A stretch of DNA of 64,000 bases, taken from contig CAXXRD010000004.1 of assembly GCA_963663895.2 (NCBI GenBank), positions 32,001-96,000 of the forward strand. Reading direction: 5' to 3'. Both the position numbers and the translations under genes were made by a program. Source of the stretch: Dehalococcoidia bacterium (GTDB lineage: Bacteria > Chloroflexota > Dehalococcoidia > Bin125). The notes below the pieces were generated by a model. It was given only the letters and a program-made list of their open reading frames with translations, made no database searches and had not been told where the DNA came from. Below are positions 40,827-50,681 of this stretch, one piece after another. Numbering within the stretch: the stretch's first letter is position 1; the number at the start of each line of letters is the position of its first letter.

Positions 40827-43800
40827 CTAGAGCCGCCGTACACCGATCGTGACCAGCTGCCCGTCGATTCGCTCCTCCGAGGAGTAGGCATCGCCGGGCG
40901 GCGAATCGAACTGCAGATCGGTCGCGAGGGTTTCCGCCCGGACGTAAGCGGCGTGTGCCTCGACGGCGTCCTTGACATCGCCGGCGACGCGGAGCCAAAG
41001 CACGATCCGGTCGGCGAGTGCGAAGCCCGCGAGGCGGCGGAGGCTCTGGACGCGGTGCACCACCTCGCGCGCGGTCCCTTCCCGGGCCAGCTCGGCATCG
41101 ATGGCCGTCGCCACGGCAACGGTGTAGGACCCGTCTGCGGCTACCGCGACATCCTCGCGTGGCTTCGATTCCACGAGCAGATCGCCGGCGCTCAACGCGA
41201 AGCCGGCGACCTCGACCGTGTCGCCGGCCGCAACCCGCGCCGCGATCGCCGCGCTTTCCGGATCGGAGAGCGCCTGGAGCGCGGCGCGCAGCCGGCCGAC
41301 CTCTCTCCCGAGCCGCGGGCCCAGCACGGGCAGATTGGGCTTGATCGTCGCCGTCACCAACTCGGATGCCGCCTCGACCAAGACGAGCCGCTTCACGTTC
41401 AATTCGTCCAGCAGCATCTCCGCGTAGCGGCGCAGCGTCTCCCGATCGTCGTCCGAGCGCACGCTGACCAGCAGTTCTCGCAGCGGCTGCCGCACCTTAA
41501 TCCCCGCATTGCTCCGCGCGGATCGCCCGAGCGAGGCGACGCGCTGCACCTGCGGTATCGCTTCGTCGAGGGCGGCGACGCGGCGGGAACCGTCCGCGTT
41601 CGGCCAACGCGCGAGATGCACCGACTCGGGCGCGCCGGCGTCCACCGCGACTACCAAGTTGCGGTAGATCGCGTCGGAGAGATAGGGCGTGAACGGCGCC
41701 GTCAGCCGCGCCACCGTGACGAGAGCCTCGTAGAGCGTGTGGTAGGCCGCGGCCTTATCCGAGTCGTCCTCCGACTTCCAGAAGCGGCGGCGGCTGCGCC
41801 GGACGTACCAGTTGCTCAGCTGCTGGACGAAGTCCTCGATCGCGCGCGCCGCGTTCGTCGGCGCGTAGGCGTCGAGATCCGCCGTCACCCGCTCGATCAG
41901 ACCGTGCAGGGCGCTCAGCAGCCAGCGGTCCAACTCCGCGCGCTCAGCGGGAGGCGGGTCTGCGGGATCGAAGCCGTCGATGTTGGCGTAGGTAACGAAG
42001 AAGGAGTAGGTGTTCCAGAGCGTCAGGATGAACTTGCGCTGCGCCTCCCCCACCAGTGCGCTGCTGAACCGGCGCGGGTTGCCGGGTGGCGAGGCGGTGT
42101 AGAGATACCAGCGCAGTGCGTCGGCGCCGTGCTCCGCCAGCACCTGCCAGGGATCGACGACGTTTCCTTTGGACTTGCTCATCTTCTCGCCGGCCTCGTC
42201 CAGAACGTGGCCCACGGAGAGGACGTGCCGGTAGGCGGTGGGCTCCGGGATCGCGCCGGCGGCGTACAGCAAGACCGCCAATGCGTGCAGCGAGTAGAAC
42301 CAGCCCCGCGTTTGGTCGATGCCCTCGCAGATGAACTCCGCCGGGAAGCGCTCCGCGAAGGTTTCCGGATTCTCGAAGGGGTAATGCCACTGGGCGTAGG
42401 GCATGGCGCCGCTGTCGAACCAGGCATCCGCTACTTCTGGAATACGGCGCATCGTCGCGCCGCAGGCGCGGCAGTCCAGCTCCAGCGCGTCAACGTAGGG
42501 GCGGTGCGGGTCCGGCAGCGCCACCGCCCCGCCGCGCGCGCGCGCGCGCAGCTCCGCGAAGGAGCCGATCGCTTCGCAGGCGTTGCAGCCCGCGCAGCGC
42601 CAGATCGGGAGGGGCGTGCCCCAGTAGCGCTCGCGGCTGATAGCCCAGTCGACGTTGTTGGCGATCCAGTCGCCGTAGCGGCCGTCACGGAGGTGCTGGG
42701 GATGCCATTGGATCAGCTCTTGGTTCGAACGGCGGAGCGTATCGCCCACTTTGGTCGTGGCGATATACCAAGATGGTTTGGCGTAGTAGAGCAGCGGCGT
42801 ATCGCAGCGCCAGCAGAACGGGTACGTGTGGCGGATCGTGGTCGCATGGACGAGGCGCCCGCGCGCGCGCAGGTCGTCGATGATCTGCGGGTCCGCCTGC
42901 TTCACGAATAGGCCGCCGAAGGGCGAGCGTTCGCCGGTCAGGCGTCCGTCGAGACCAACGGGTTGTGCGAACACCAGCCCCTCCCGCCGGCCAAGGGCGT
43001 AGTCGTCGGCGCCGAAAGCGGGCGCGATGTGCACGATGCCCGTGCCTTCCTCCATTGAGACGAACTCGCCCGCGACCACGCGCCGCCAAGCGCGTCCGTC
43101 CGCAGGAGCTCGCCAGGCGCCGAGGCGGCCCTGATCGAACTTCTGCAGTCGCACGCCCCAATCGCCCGGCTCGTACAGCCCTTCGTAGCGCAGGCCGAGC
43201 AGCTCGGCACCCGTGACGGCGGTCTCGACGGCCATCGCTTTGCCCAGCACCGTGGGGGCGAGCGCCTCGGCGAGGATCAAGCGCCCGCCGTGGCCGTCCG
43301 TCACAGCGACGTAGCGCTCGGCCGTGGCAACGGCGAGCGCGGTGTTGCCGGGGAGCGTCCAAGGGGTGGTGGTCCAAGCGAGCAGAAAGGTGTCATCGCC
43401 GGCGGCATCCTGCAAGGGAGCGGGCAGTGACTCCGCGGCGACGCGGAACTTCACGGTAATGCTGGGGTCTTCGGTGTTTTCCTGGTAACCCAAGGCCAAC
43501 TCGTGGCTTGAGAGCGAGGTCTCGCAGCGGGGGCAATGGGGAGCGGTACGCCGGTCCTCGTAGATGAGACCGGCGTCCCAGAGCTGCTTGATGATCCACC
43601 AACAGGATTCGATGTAGGCCGGATCGTAGGTGACGTAGGCATCGCGCATATCCAGCCAGAACGCCGTGCGCTCCGTGAGATCCTCCCACTGCTGGACGTA
43701 GCGGAAAACCGAGTCGCGACACTTGGCGTTGAATTCCGCGATTCCATAGGCCTCGATCTCCGCTTTGGATCGCAGCCCCAGCTCCCGCTCGACTTCCAGC

Positions 43801-44090
43801 TCCACCGGCAGGCCGTGCGTGTCCCAGCCACCTTTGCGAGGCGAGCGATAGCCCCGCATCGTTTTGTAACGGGGGAAGAGATCCTTAAAGATGCGCGCCA
43901 AGACGTGGTGAACGCCGGGCACCCCGTTGGCGGTGGGCGGGCCTTCGTAGAACGTGTAGAGGGGACGCTCCGGCTCATCCTCGACGCTCCGTTCGAAGAT
44001 GCGGCGCTCGCGCCAGAGAGCACGCAGATCTTGCTCGATCTGCGTGAAGGGCATCTGACTGGCCACCGGTTGGAACCGTGCGTCCGGCAT
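40827..44090 (-). CDS. ileS: Isoleucine--tRNA ligase, type 2
   Basis: YEGPPTANG, GWDTHGLPVE, DWAISRERYWG, EGIDQTRGWF and KMSKS; IleRS2-type C-terminus. Confidence 0.97.
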   Translation of the reverse strand: MPDARFQPVASQMPFTQIEQDLRALWRERRIFERSVEDEPERPLYTFYEGPPTANGVPGVHHVLARIFKDLFPRYKTMRGYRSPRKGGWDTHGLPVELEVERELGLRSKAEIEAYGIAEFNAKCRDSVFRYVQQWEDLTERTAFWLDMRDAYVTYDPAYIESCWWIIKQLWDAGLIYEDRRTAPHCPRCETSLSSHELALGYQENTEDPSITVKFRVAAESLPAPLQDAAGDDTFLLAWTTTPWTLPGNTALAVATAERYVAVTDGHGGRLILAEALAPTVLGKAMAVETAVTGAELLGLRYEGLYEPGDWGVRLQKFDQGRLGAWRAPADGRAWRRVVAGEFVSMEEGTGIVHIAPAFGADDYALGRREGLVFAQPVGLDGRLTGERSPFGGLFVKQADPQIIDDLRARGRLVHATTIRHTYPFCWRCDTPLLYYAKPSWYIATTKVGDTLRRSNQELIQWHPQHLRDGRYGDWIANNVDWAISRERYWGTPLPIWRCAGCNACEAIGSFAELRARARGGAVALPDPHRPYVDALELDCRACGATMRRIPEVADAWFDSGAMPYAQWHYPFENPETFAERFPAEFICEGIDQTRGWFYSLHALAVLLYAAGAIPEPTAYRHVLSVGHVLDEAGEKMSKSKGNVVDPWQVLAEHGADALRWYLYTASPPGNPRRFSSALVGEAQRKFILTLWNTYSFFVTYANIDGFDPADPPPAERAELDRWLLSALHGLIERVTADLDAYAPTNAARAIEDFVQQLSNWYVRRSRRRFWKSEDDSDKAAAYHTLYEALVTVARLTAPFTPYLSDAIYRNLVVAVDAGAPESVHLARWPNADGSRRVAALDEAIPQVQRVASLGRSARSNAGIKVRQPLRELLVSVRSDDDRETLRRYAEMLLDELNVKRLVLVEAASELVTATIKPNLPVLGPRLGREVGRLRAALQALSDPESAAIAARVAAGDTVEVAGFALSAGDLLVESKPREDVAVAADGSYTVAVATAIDAELAREGTAREVVHRVQSLRRLAGFALADRIVLWLRVAGDVKDAVEAHAAYVRAETLATDLQFDSPPGDAYSSEERIDGQLVTIGVRRL

Positions 44091-44307
44091 AGGCTAACAA
44101 TACGGCGGTCCGCGCCTAGGAGCAGAGGTTGTCCGCGCAGCGGTCGCCATGGCCGCCCGCCGCTTACCCAGCCTCCGCCTCCGACGGCGTAAACGAGGGA
44201 GGGAAGCCGAGTGCGTCACGGCAATGATGGCGCAGGCGGCAGCAACGACGGGAAGCTCGCTCATCCGGCGCGCGCGGAGGCGCGCTTAGCGCGGATCGGA
44301 GACGTCA

Positions 44308-44592
44308 CTAGGGGGCGCGCTCGACGATGAGCGCGCGCGCGCGCCGGGCGATCGCGGCGCGCGTCTCCGCAGTGATCAGTGCACCGAACTCGCCGAGCCG
44401 TTCATTGACGAAGTCCTGGGCGGGGACGGAAGCGGTAACGTCGTCACTGGCAAAGGCCTCCGCCACGAGCCCCGCCGCCAACGAACCGACCCGCGTCGTC
44501 GCGAGCTGCGCGAGCGCTGCATCGTCGATGGCATCGTCCGCCACGCGCTCCAGCAGACGAAGCAGGTGGCGGCGCGCGAGTCCCGTGGACAC
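44308..44592 (-). CDS. Hypothetical protein
   Basis: Starts 3 nt after the zinc-ribbon gene stop. Confidence 0.55.
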   Translation of the reverse strand: MSTGLARRHLLRLLERVADDAIDDAALAQLATTRVGSLAAGLVAEAFASDDVTASVPAQDFVNERLGEFGALITAETRAAIARRARALIVERAP

Positions 44593-44595
44593 GGT

Positions 44596-45006
44596 CTAGC
44601 GCTCTGCCAGCTCCACAGGCGGAGCGCTGGGTGCAGGGTTGGGCTGCGCCGCCGCAGCCGCCGCCTCCTGCTCCTGACGCACCTTCGAGAAACAGGAGGA
44701 GCAGTAGACGGGCCGGTCGCCGCGGGGGATGAAGGGAACCTCCGTCATCTCGCCGCACGTGGCGCAGGTCGCGGGATGCATCTGTCGTGGGGTACGGCCG
44801 CTGAACGAGGCGGCACCGCCGTAGCGCACGTAGCCGGAGTCACTCTCCAGAGTGCTGCGGGCGCTCTTCCGGGCGGCGCGGCAGTCCGGACAGCGGACGG
44901 GATCGTTCATCAGCCCTTTGCTGGCGTAGAACTCCTGCTCCCCGCCGGTGAAGACGAACTCACGGTTGCAGTCGCGGCAGGTGATGTTGCGATCCTGATA
45001 ACTCAC
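44596..45006 (-). CDS. Zinc-ribbon / CxxC-x17-CxxC domain protein
   Basis: ITCRDCNREFVFTGGEQEFY...PVRCPDCR, then ATCATCG...VPFIPRGDRPVYCSSCF. GTG 45006 follows a GGGGAG RBS. Confidence 0.9.
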   Translation of the reverse strand: MSYQDRNITCRDCNREFVFTGGEQEFYASKGLMNDPVRCPDCRAARKSARSTLESDSGYVRYGGAASFSGRTPRQMHPATCATCGEMTEVPFIPRGDRPVYCSSCFSKVRQEQEAAAAAAQPNPAPSAPPVELAER

Positions 45007-45110
45007 AGTGCTCCCCTCTGAGGTTCGGCGCTTAATCAAGAACCCCGCCAGGTGTGGCGGGGCGTTCATCGAACACCTGGAACGGCATCAGTATATCAAA
45101 CCCCGCAGCC

Positions 45111-46694
45111 TCAGCGCGCGAACAGGGACTGTATGCGTGCCGCGATCAGCTCCGCTTCGCGTGCGCGCATGATCAGCGACGCCGAGTAGTAGATCACGGC
45201 GCCGCCCACCGTCCCTACCAGCAACGCGAAGAAGGAACGCGGGCCGAAGTCGCCGCTCTCGTCCAGGACCTCGAGGAGCACCGCCAAGCCTTCCGCCATG
45301 AGGGCAGTCGCGATGAGCGTGCGCAGCAGCGTCGTCGCCAAGGGACGTGTCCAGAGCCCGCCCTCCAGTCGCCCGTGGAGCGTTGCCAACAGCAGCCCGG
45401 CTTCCACGATCGTGGCGACGGAGAGCGCCAGCGCGAGCCCTCGCACGCCGAGCGGCCCCACCAAGACCGCCGCCAGCACCAAATTCAAGAGCATCGCCCC
45501 GACGGCAAAGGCCACCGGGGTGCGCGTGTCGCCCAGGGCGTAGAAGCCGCGCGAGAGGACCTCAATGGCGGAGTGGGCGAAGAGGCCGACCGCGAAGTAC
45601 AGCAATATCGACGAGACAAGCGCCGAGGAGACCTCGTCGAACGAGCCGTGCTCCAAGAGCGTACGGACGAGCGGCTCGCGCAGGAAGATCATCGCCACGC
45701 CAGCCGGGAGGCTGAGGAACATGGTGAAGCGGAGCGTGCCGGCGACCATCTCGCGGACCGCGCCGTGGTCGTCGCGCGCGGCCTGCGCCGCCAGGGAGGG
45801 GAAGACCGCCATCGCCAGCGACATCCCGAAGAGTCCGACCGGAAAGAGCAAGATCAGCCAGGCGAAGTTCAGGGCGGAGATCGCCGCCTCGCCCTCAAAG
45901 GAGGCAAAGAAGGTGAGCACGACGAGATTGATCTGGGCCGCCGCCAGCCCGATCATCCGCGGACCCATGAGCCGCAGGACCCGCCGCACCCCGGGCTCGC
46001 GCAGGTTCAGGCTCGGCACGAGACGGAAGCCGGCGGCCGTGAGCGCGGGCAGCTGCGCAGCGAGATGCAGGCCGCTACCGACGATCACGCCGATCGCGAG
46101 CCCCTCCACGCCGTAGCGGTCCGAGAGCAACACCGCCCCGCCGATGATCGCGAGGTTATAGAGCATGGGTGCGAAGGCGGGGAGCAGGAAGTGCTGCCGC
46201 GCGTTGAGGATGCCGGTGATCATGCCCGATACCGCGAAGAGAATGGGCGAGACCAGCATCACACGGGTGAGGAAGATCGCGTCGCGTTGGAGTTCGTCCT
46301 GGTTCGGCAGGCCGTCGCCGAGCCCCGGCGCCATGGCGGGCACGATCCACTCCGCGGCCAGGAAGACGATCGCGGCGAGGGCGATGGTCGCGAGGAGGAC
46401 CCAGTTGAGCACGATGCTGGCGAGACGCCAGGCCTCGTCGTCGCCGCGCTTGGCGACATAGCTTGCGTAGACCGGGATGAAGGCCGCGGCGAGCGTGGCG
46501 CCGGCGAGCACCTGGAAGACCAAGTCGGGCAAGCGGATCGCAACCCAGAAGACGTCCAGCTCGGCGCTGGTGCCGTACTCGTTCGCGATGGCCACCGCCC
46601 GAAGCGCGCCCAGGAGCCGGCTGCCGAGGAACCCCAATCCCACCAGCACCGCAGCTCCGGCCACGGTGCTGGTGGCTCCCGTGAAGACCGTCAC
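45111..46694 (-). CDS. murJ: Lipid II flippase MurJ (MviN)
   Basis: SRLLGALR, RLPDLVF, AFIPV and FYALGDTRTP; about 14 TM segments. Confidence 0.93.
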   Translation of the reverse strand: MTVFTGATSTVAGAAVLVGLGFLGSRLLGALRAVAIANEYGTSAELDVFWVAIRLPDLVFQVLAGATLAAAFIPVYASYVAKRGDDEAWRLASIVLNWVLLATIALAAIVFLAAEWIVPAMAPGLGDGLPNQDELQRDAIFLTRVMLVSPILFAVSGMITGILNARQHFLLPAFAPMLYNLAIIGGAVLLSDRYGVEGLAIGVIVGSGLHLAAQLPALTAAGFRLVPSLNLREPGVRRVLRLMGPRMIGLAAAQINLVVLTFFASFEGEAAISALNFAWLILLFPVGLFGMSLAMAVFPSLAAQAARDDHGAVREMVAGTLRFTMFLSLPAGVAMIFLREPLVRTLLEHGSFDEVSSALVSSILLYFAVGLFAHSAIEVLSRGFYALGDTRTPVAFAVGAMLLNLVLAAVLVGPLGVRGLALALSVATIVEAGLLLATLHGRLEGGLWTRPLATTLLRTLIATALMAEGLAVLLEVLDESGDFGPRSFFALLVGTVGGAVIYYSASLIMRAREAELIAARIQSLFAR

Positions 46695-46908
46695 GCGTCC
46701 CTCACGCCGCTAGGTGGAGGGAACCGCAGTCACCCCGGTTCGTTCCACCGAATGCAGACACGCCCTGCCCCCAATCGACGAAGTGCGAGCGAGTGCGGAT
46801 CGCATCAATGCAAAGCTAGACCTGCTCCCGTGCCCGTCGGTACGATAGTCTCACGGCATCCGGCTCCAGGCACGAGGGTGCGCGTTCGATCGAAGCAGCG
46901 AGAAGACT

Positions 46909-47232
46909 TTGGCAAATAAAGCGGCGGCCAAGAAGTATTACCGCGCCTCTCAGCGGCGCCGGATGCGCAACAAACCCGTGCGGACGCGCGCACGCACGAG
47001 CGTGCGCGACGCGATCGAGGCGATCGCGGAAGGGGATTGGACGGAAGCGGATGCCGCGGTCGTCGCGGCCGTCTCGGCGCTCGACCGCGCCGCGGAAAAG
47101 GGCGTAATCCACGCCAACAACGCCGCCCGGCGCAAGTCGCGTCTCCTGCGCCGCTACCACACGGCCCGAAACCCGGAGCGTACCGCCGTGGCGCACACAC
47201 GCCCGCCCGATCCCGCCACGATCGCCGGCTAA
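46909..47232 (+). CDS. rpsT: 30S ribosomal protein S20
   Basis: ANKAAAKK...RNK...LDRAAEKGVIHANNAARRKSRL. Confidence 0.95.
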   Translation: MANKAAAKKYYRASQRRRMRNKPVRTRARTSVRDAIEAIAEGDWTEADAAVVAAVSALDRAAEKGVIHANNAARRKSRLLRRYHTARNPERTAVAHTRPPDPATIAG

Positions 47233-47285
47233 GGCAGCCTTTTCCCCTCGCGCCGCGCCGCCAGCTAGCATGATCTAATGGCGAC

Positions 47286-48215
47286 ATGGATCACCAGGCG
47301 CCGCCCGTGACTACCGATCCGAGCTACGACGAGGATCGCATCCCGGAGGAAGGGCCGCTCAGCTTGGGCGAGGAGCTTCGCCAAGCTCGCGTGAGCAACG
47401 GCATCACCCTGGACGAGGCCCAGCGCGCGACGCGGATCTCGCGCCGCTATCTGGAGGCGCTGGAGAGCGATGACTACGCGGCGCTGCCGGCCGCCGTGTT
47501 CGCGCGCGGCTTCCTGCGATCGTACGCACAGTTCCTCGGTCTGGACGCCGACGCGCTGACCGCTGACTTCCCCGGACAGCCGCGTCCGCCCACCGCCCTC
47601 CCCGACCCGCGAGCGACCGGTCCCCGTGTCGAGACGGGCCGCCGCCAGCACGATCGCCGCCGTCTCGACCCCGAGGAGGCGTTCGACCCCTACCACGCCC
47701 CCAGCGCCGATACGACCGAGCGCTTGGCGTCGATCCCCCACGTCGACATGCGCGCCCCCGGCGTGCGCCTCGGTCCCTGGCTGGTGGCGGGATTCGTGGT
47801 GCTCGTCGTCCTCGCGGGCGTCATCGCGGTGGTGACGCTCGGCGAGGACGAGCCCGCCGCGGCGCCGGCGACGGGGGTGCCCGGGGTCGCGGTCGATTCC
47901 GAGATTCCGATCGTCCCGGAAGCCGTGGTGCAGGAGCAGCCGATGATCGAGCTGGGAACGATGCCCGACTTCCGTCCCCGCTCGCTGGAGGATGCACTGA
48001 CGATCTTGCGCCGCTCGGGGCTGCCGTTCGCGGTGATCGAAGTGTTCGACGCCAGGATCCCGGCCGGCAGAATCATGGAGCAAGCGCCGCTGCCGGGCGA
48101 AGCCCTCGACGTATCCTCCACGGTGACGCTGGTCGTATCACGCGGAGCCATGCCCGCCGCGCCCGCGCCCGGCATCGCGCCGGCGGATGCAACGGGCGGG
48201 GCGGCCGGCGGCTAG
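47286..48215 (+). CDS. RodZ-like HTH membrane protein with a C-terminal PASTA domain
   Basis: LGEELRQAR...TRISRRYLEALE...FARGFLRSYAQFLGLD, one TM segment, then MPDFRPRSLEDA...GRIMEQAP...VTLVVSRG. Confidence 0.85.
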   Translation: MDHQAPPVTTDPSYDEDRIPEEGPLSLGEELRQARVSNGITLDEAQRATRISRRYLEALESDDYAALPAAVFARGFLRSYAQFLGLDADALTADFPGQPRPPTALPDPRATGPRVETGRRQHDRRRLDPEEAFDPYHAPSADTTERLASIPHVDMRAPGVRLGPWLVAGFVVLVVLAGVIAVVTLGEDEPAAAPATGVPGVAVDSEIPIVPEAVVQEQPMIELGTMPDFRPRSLEDALTILRRSGLPFAVIEVFDARIPAGRIMEQAPLPGEALDVSSTVTLVVSRGAMPAAPAPGIAPADATGGAAGG

Positions 48216-48348
48216 CGATAGCGGACGTCAAGGCGATGGCCGAGATCCCTCGGCCGTTCCTCTAGCGAGACGCTATCCCCATCGCGCGCCAAGGGACGTT
48301 CCCCTGTAGCGGGCGGCGGGGTCTCGCCGGCCCAGCCGACATGATCGG

Positions 48349-49272
48349 CTACACGATCTGCGGATCAAGGCCAGCCCAGGGGAAGACCGGTCCACCCTCC
48401 AGCGCGGATCGGAAGGCGCCCTCCATCTCGCTGCAGACCTCGTCGACGGTCCAAGGCCGGGAGCCGATCATCTCTCGCTCGATAGACGGGTTGGCGTAGA
48501 GCTGGATCTTGTAGCCGCGGACGCCGATGACCCGGCCGCTGAGCCAATCGGAGGCGGCGCTGGACAGGTAGACGACGGGCGGTGCGATGTTGTCCGGAGA
48601 GCGGCGGGGGTCATCGGCGGGGTCGCCCATGGAGCCGCTCTGGCGACCGATGGGGATGTCTTGCAGCATGCGCGTCGCGGCCGAAGGGGCGATGGCGTTG
48701 GCCGTCACGCCGTAACGATGCAGGGCGTTGGCGCAGGACCACGTGAAGCCCGTGATGCCCATCTTGGCGGCGGCGTAGTTCGGCTGCCCCGGCGACCCGT
48801 GCAGGCCCGAGACCGAGGTGAAGTTGATCAGGCGGTAGTGGCCCTCGCGCGCCTGCCGCCAGTGGATGGCGGCGAAGCGGGTCGTGTTGTAGGTGCCCTT
48901 CAGATGGACGGCGACCACGGCGTCCCACTCCTGCTCGGTCATGTTGAAGACCATGCGGTCGCGGAGGATGCCGGCGACGTTGATCAGGACATCGAGGCGT
49001 CCGTATTCGTCGAGCGTCTGCTGCACCATGCCCTCCGCGTCGCCGTGGTCGGCGACGTTGCCGAAATTCGCGACGGCCACGCCGCCGGCCGCGGTGACCT
49101 CATCGACCACCTGCTGCGCGGGGGCCTGGTCCTCGCCGGCGCCGTCGACGGCGCCACCGAGGTCATTGACCACGAGGTGCGCGCCCTCGCGCGCCATGAC
49201 GCGTGCCAAGGATGCGCCGATCCCCCGGCCCGCCCCCGTGATCAGTGCTACGCGGCCGTCTAGCTGTCCCAT
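48349..49272 (-). CDS. SDR-family oxidoreductase
   Basis: TGAGRGIG, NVAGILRD and YAAAK. ATG 49272 follows a GGAAAGGAAG RBS. Confidence 0.93.
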   Translation of the reverse strand: MGQLDGRVALITGAGRGIGASLARVMAREGAHLVVNDLGGAVDGAGEDQAPAQQVVDEVTAAGGVAVANFGNVADHGDAEGMVQQTLDEYGRLDVLINVAGILRDRMVFNMTEQEWDAVVAVHLKGTYNTTRFAAIHWRQAREGHYRLINFTSVSGLHGSPGQPNYAAAKMGITGFTWSCANALHRYGVTANAIAPSAATRMLQDIPIGRQSGSMGDPADDPRRSPDNIAPPVVYLSSAASDWLSGRVIGVRGYKIQLYANPSIEREMIGSRPWTVDEVCSEMEGAFRSALEGGPVFPWAGLDPQIV

Positions 49273-49348
49273 TTGTCGCTTCCTTTCCGGCTCGGGTCCG
49301 ATCGGTTGCCGGCCCGAGCGATCTGCTCGAATGCGCTCAGTGAAGAGG

Positions 49349-49792
49349 TTAATCGAAGAGACGATCCAGCGAGAGCGGACCGGCGCCCAGCAGGACGAGC
49401 GCAACGAGCCCCGCCACCAGGATCACGTTGAGCTCGTAGCCTTGCCGCTCACCGCCCTGAAACGGCATCTGCAGCTTGACCTTGCTGATATAGGCGGCGA
49501 CGAGCATGCTGACCGCCATGGGGATGGCGATCCAACTGACGACCAAGCCCATCAGCAAGAGCAGCCCTCCGACGAGCTCCAAGGTCGCGACCGCGGGCGC
49601 CGCCAGATGGGGGAAGGGGATCCCCAACTCCCCCATCCAGTCGCCCGTCCCGCGGATGCCGCGGGACCACTTCCCGAAGCCGGCATCGACGAAGATGAGG
49701 CCGAGCGCGATGCGCAACGGGATCGCGGCCCACTCGATGTTCGACAGACCCCACGGCTGCGCTACCCAGTCCAGCGTCGGGGGATCGAGCAC
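49349..49792 (-). CDS. DoxX-family membrane protein
   Basis: LRIALGLIF, ELVGGLLLLMG, GYELN and GAGPLSLDR. GTG 49792 follows GGAGG. Confidence 0.88.
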   Translation of the reverse strand: MLDPPTLDWVAQPWGLSNIEWAAIPLRIALGLIFVDAGFGKWSRGIRGTGDWMGELGIPFPHLAAPAVATLELVGGLLLLMGLVVSWIAIPMAVSMLVAAYISKVKLQMPFQGGERQGYELNVILVAGLVALVLLGAGPLSLDRLFD

Positions 49793-49942
49793 GTAGGGGC
49801 CTCCACTCGCGCTGGCGACCCTAGCGCATGACGCTCGGACCCGTCGATACGGCGGGTGCGCGTCGGCGGCCTCTGGCGGCACCGCGGGGCACACTGCGAT
49901 ACTGCTTTCAGGCCGACTTGCCGAGCGGAGGAGGGTGCGTTC

Positions 49943-50674
49943 GTGGGCCAGCTTGCCGACCGTCTACGCATAGCAAAGCGACGGGGCGACCCGCCGATCG
50001 GGTTCGCGGCGCGCGCGGCCGACGCGAGCAAGCGCCGTACGCTGTTGATCGTCGTGACGGGCGAGCAAGCGCAGGGCGGCGATGCGCTCATCGTGCGCGC
50101 CGACCTTGCGGACGAAGCGGCCTTGCGCACGCTCACCTCCGCGAACGAACTACCGGTCGGGATCGAACCGCCGCAGCTGACGCACGCCGGCGCGGTCACG
50201 GCCGAAGAGGCGGGGGTCGATTTCGTCGTCTTCGGGGTCGACAACGCAACGGCGGCGGCGCTCACACGTCCCAAGCTCGATTGGGTCCTGCGGGTCGACG
50301 GCCTGCCGAGCGAGGGCGAACTGCGCGCGCTGGGCTCGTTGCGACCGCTGTTCATCGTGGTTTCACCGGCCGAAACGCCGATCAGCCTGGACCGGGCGAT
50401 GGATCTGCGGCAAGTCGCGATGATGAGCAGCACGCCGCTGGGCGCCCCGGTCGATGCGGAGATCGACGTCGAGTCGCTCACCGCGCTGCGCGACTCCGGA
50501 GTGGCCGTGGTGCTTCTCGAGAGCCCGTCGGCAGCCGAGGTCGCGGCGCTGGCGGCGCGGATCGCGGAGATACCGGCGCGCCCGCGCCAGCACCGGGGCG
50601 GCGACTCGCCGACGCTTCCCAGCGTGAGCGGCGGCGAAGGCCAGGAGGAAGCGGACGAGGATCGCGTGCCTTAG
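49943..50674 (+). CDS. Hypothetical protein (possibly an aldolase/TIM-barrel-like fold)
   Basis: GGAGGAGG RBS before GTG 49943; alternating alpha/beta pattern (AGVDFVVF, SGVAVVLL). Confidence 0.6.
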   Translation: MGQLADRLRIAKRRGDPPIGFAARAADASKRRTLLIVVTGEQAQGGDALIVRADLADEAALRTLTSANELPVGIEPPQLTHAGAVTAEEAGVDFVVFGVDNATAAALTRPKLDWVLRVDGLPSEGELRALGSLRPLFIVVSPAETPISLDRAMDLRQVAMMSSTPLGAPVDAEIDVESLTALRDSGVAVVLLESPSAAEVAALAARIAEIPARPRQHRGGDSPTLPSVSGGEGQEEADEDRVP

Positions 50675-50681
50675 CCGGCCG

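Noticed and set aside
44091-44307. T-box riboswitch upstream of ileS (also checked valS)
   Set aside because: No GGTGGnACCGCG T-box motif seen; ileS looks leaderless.
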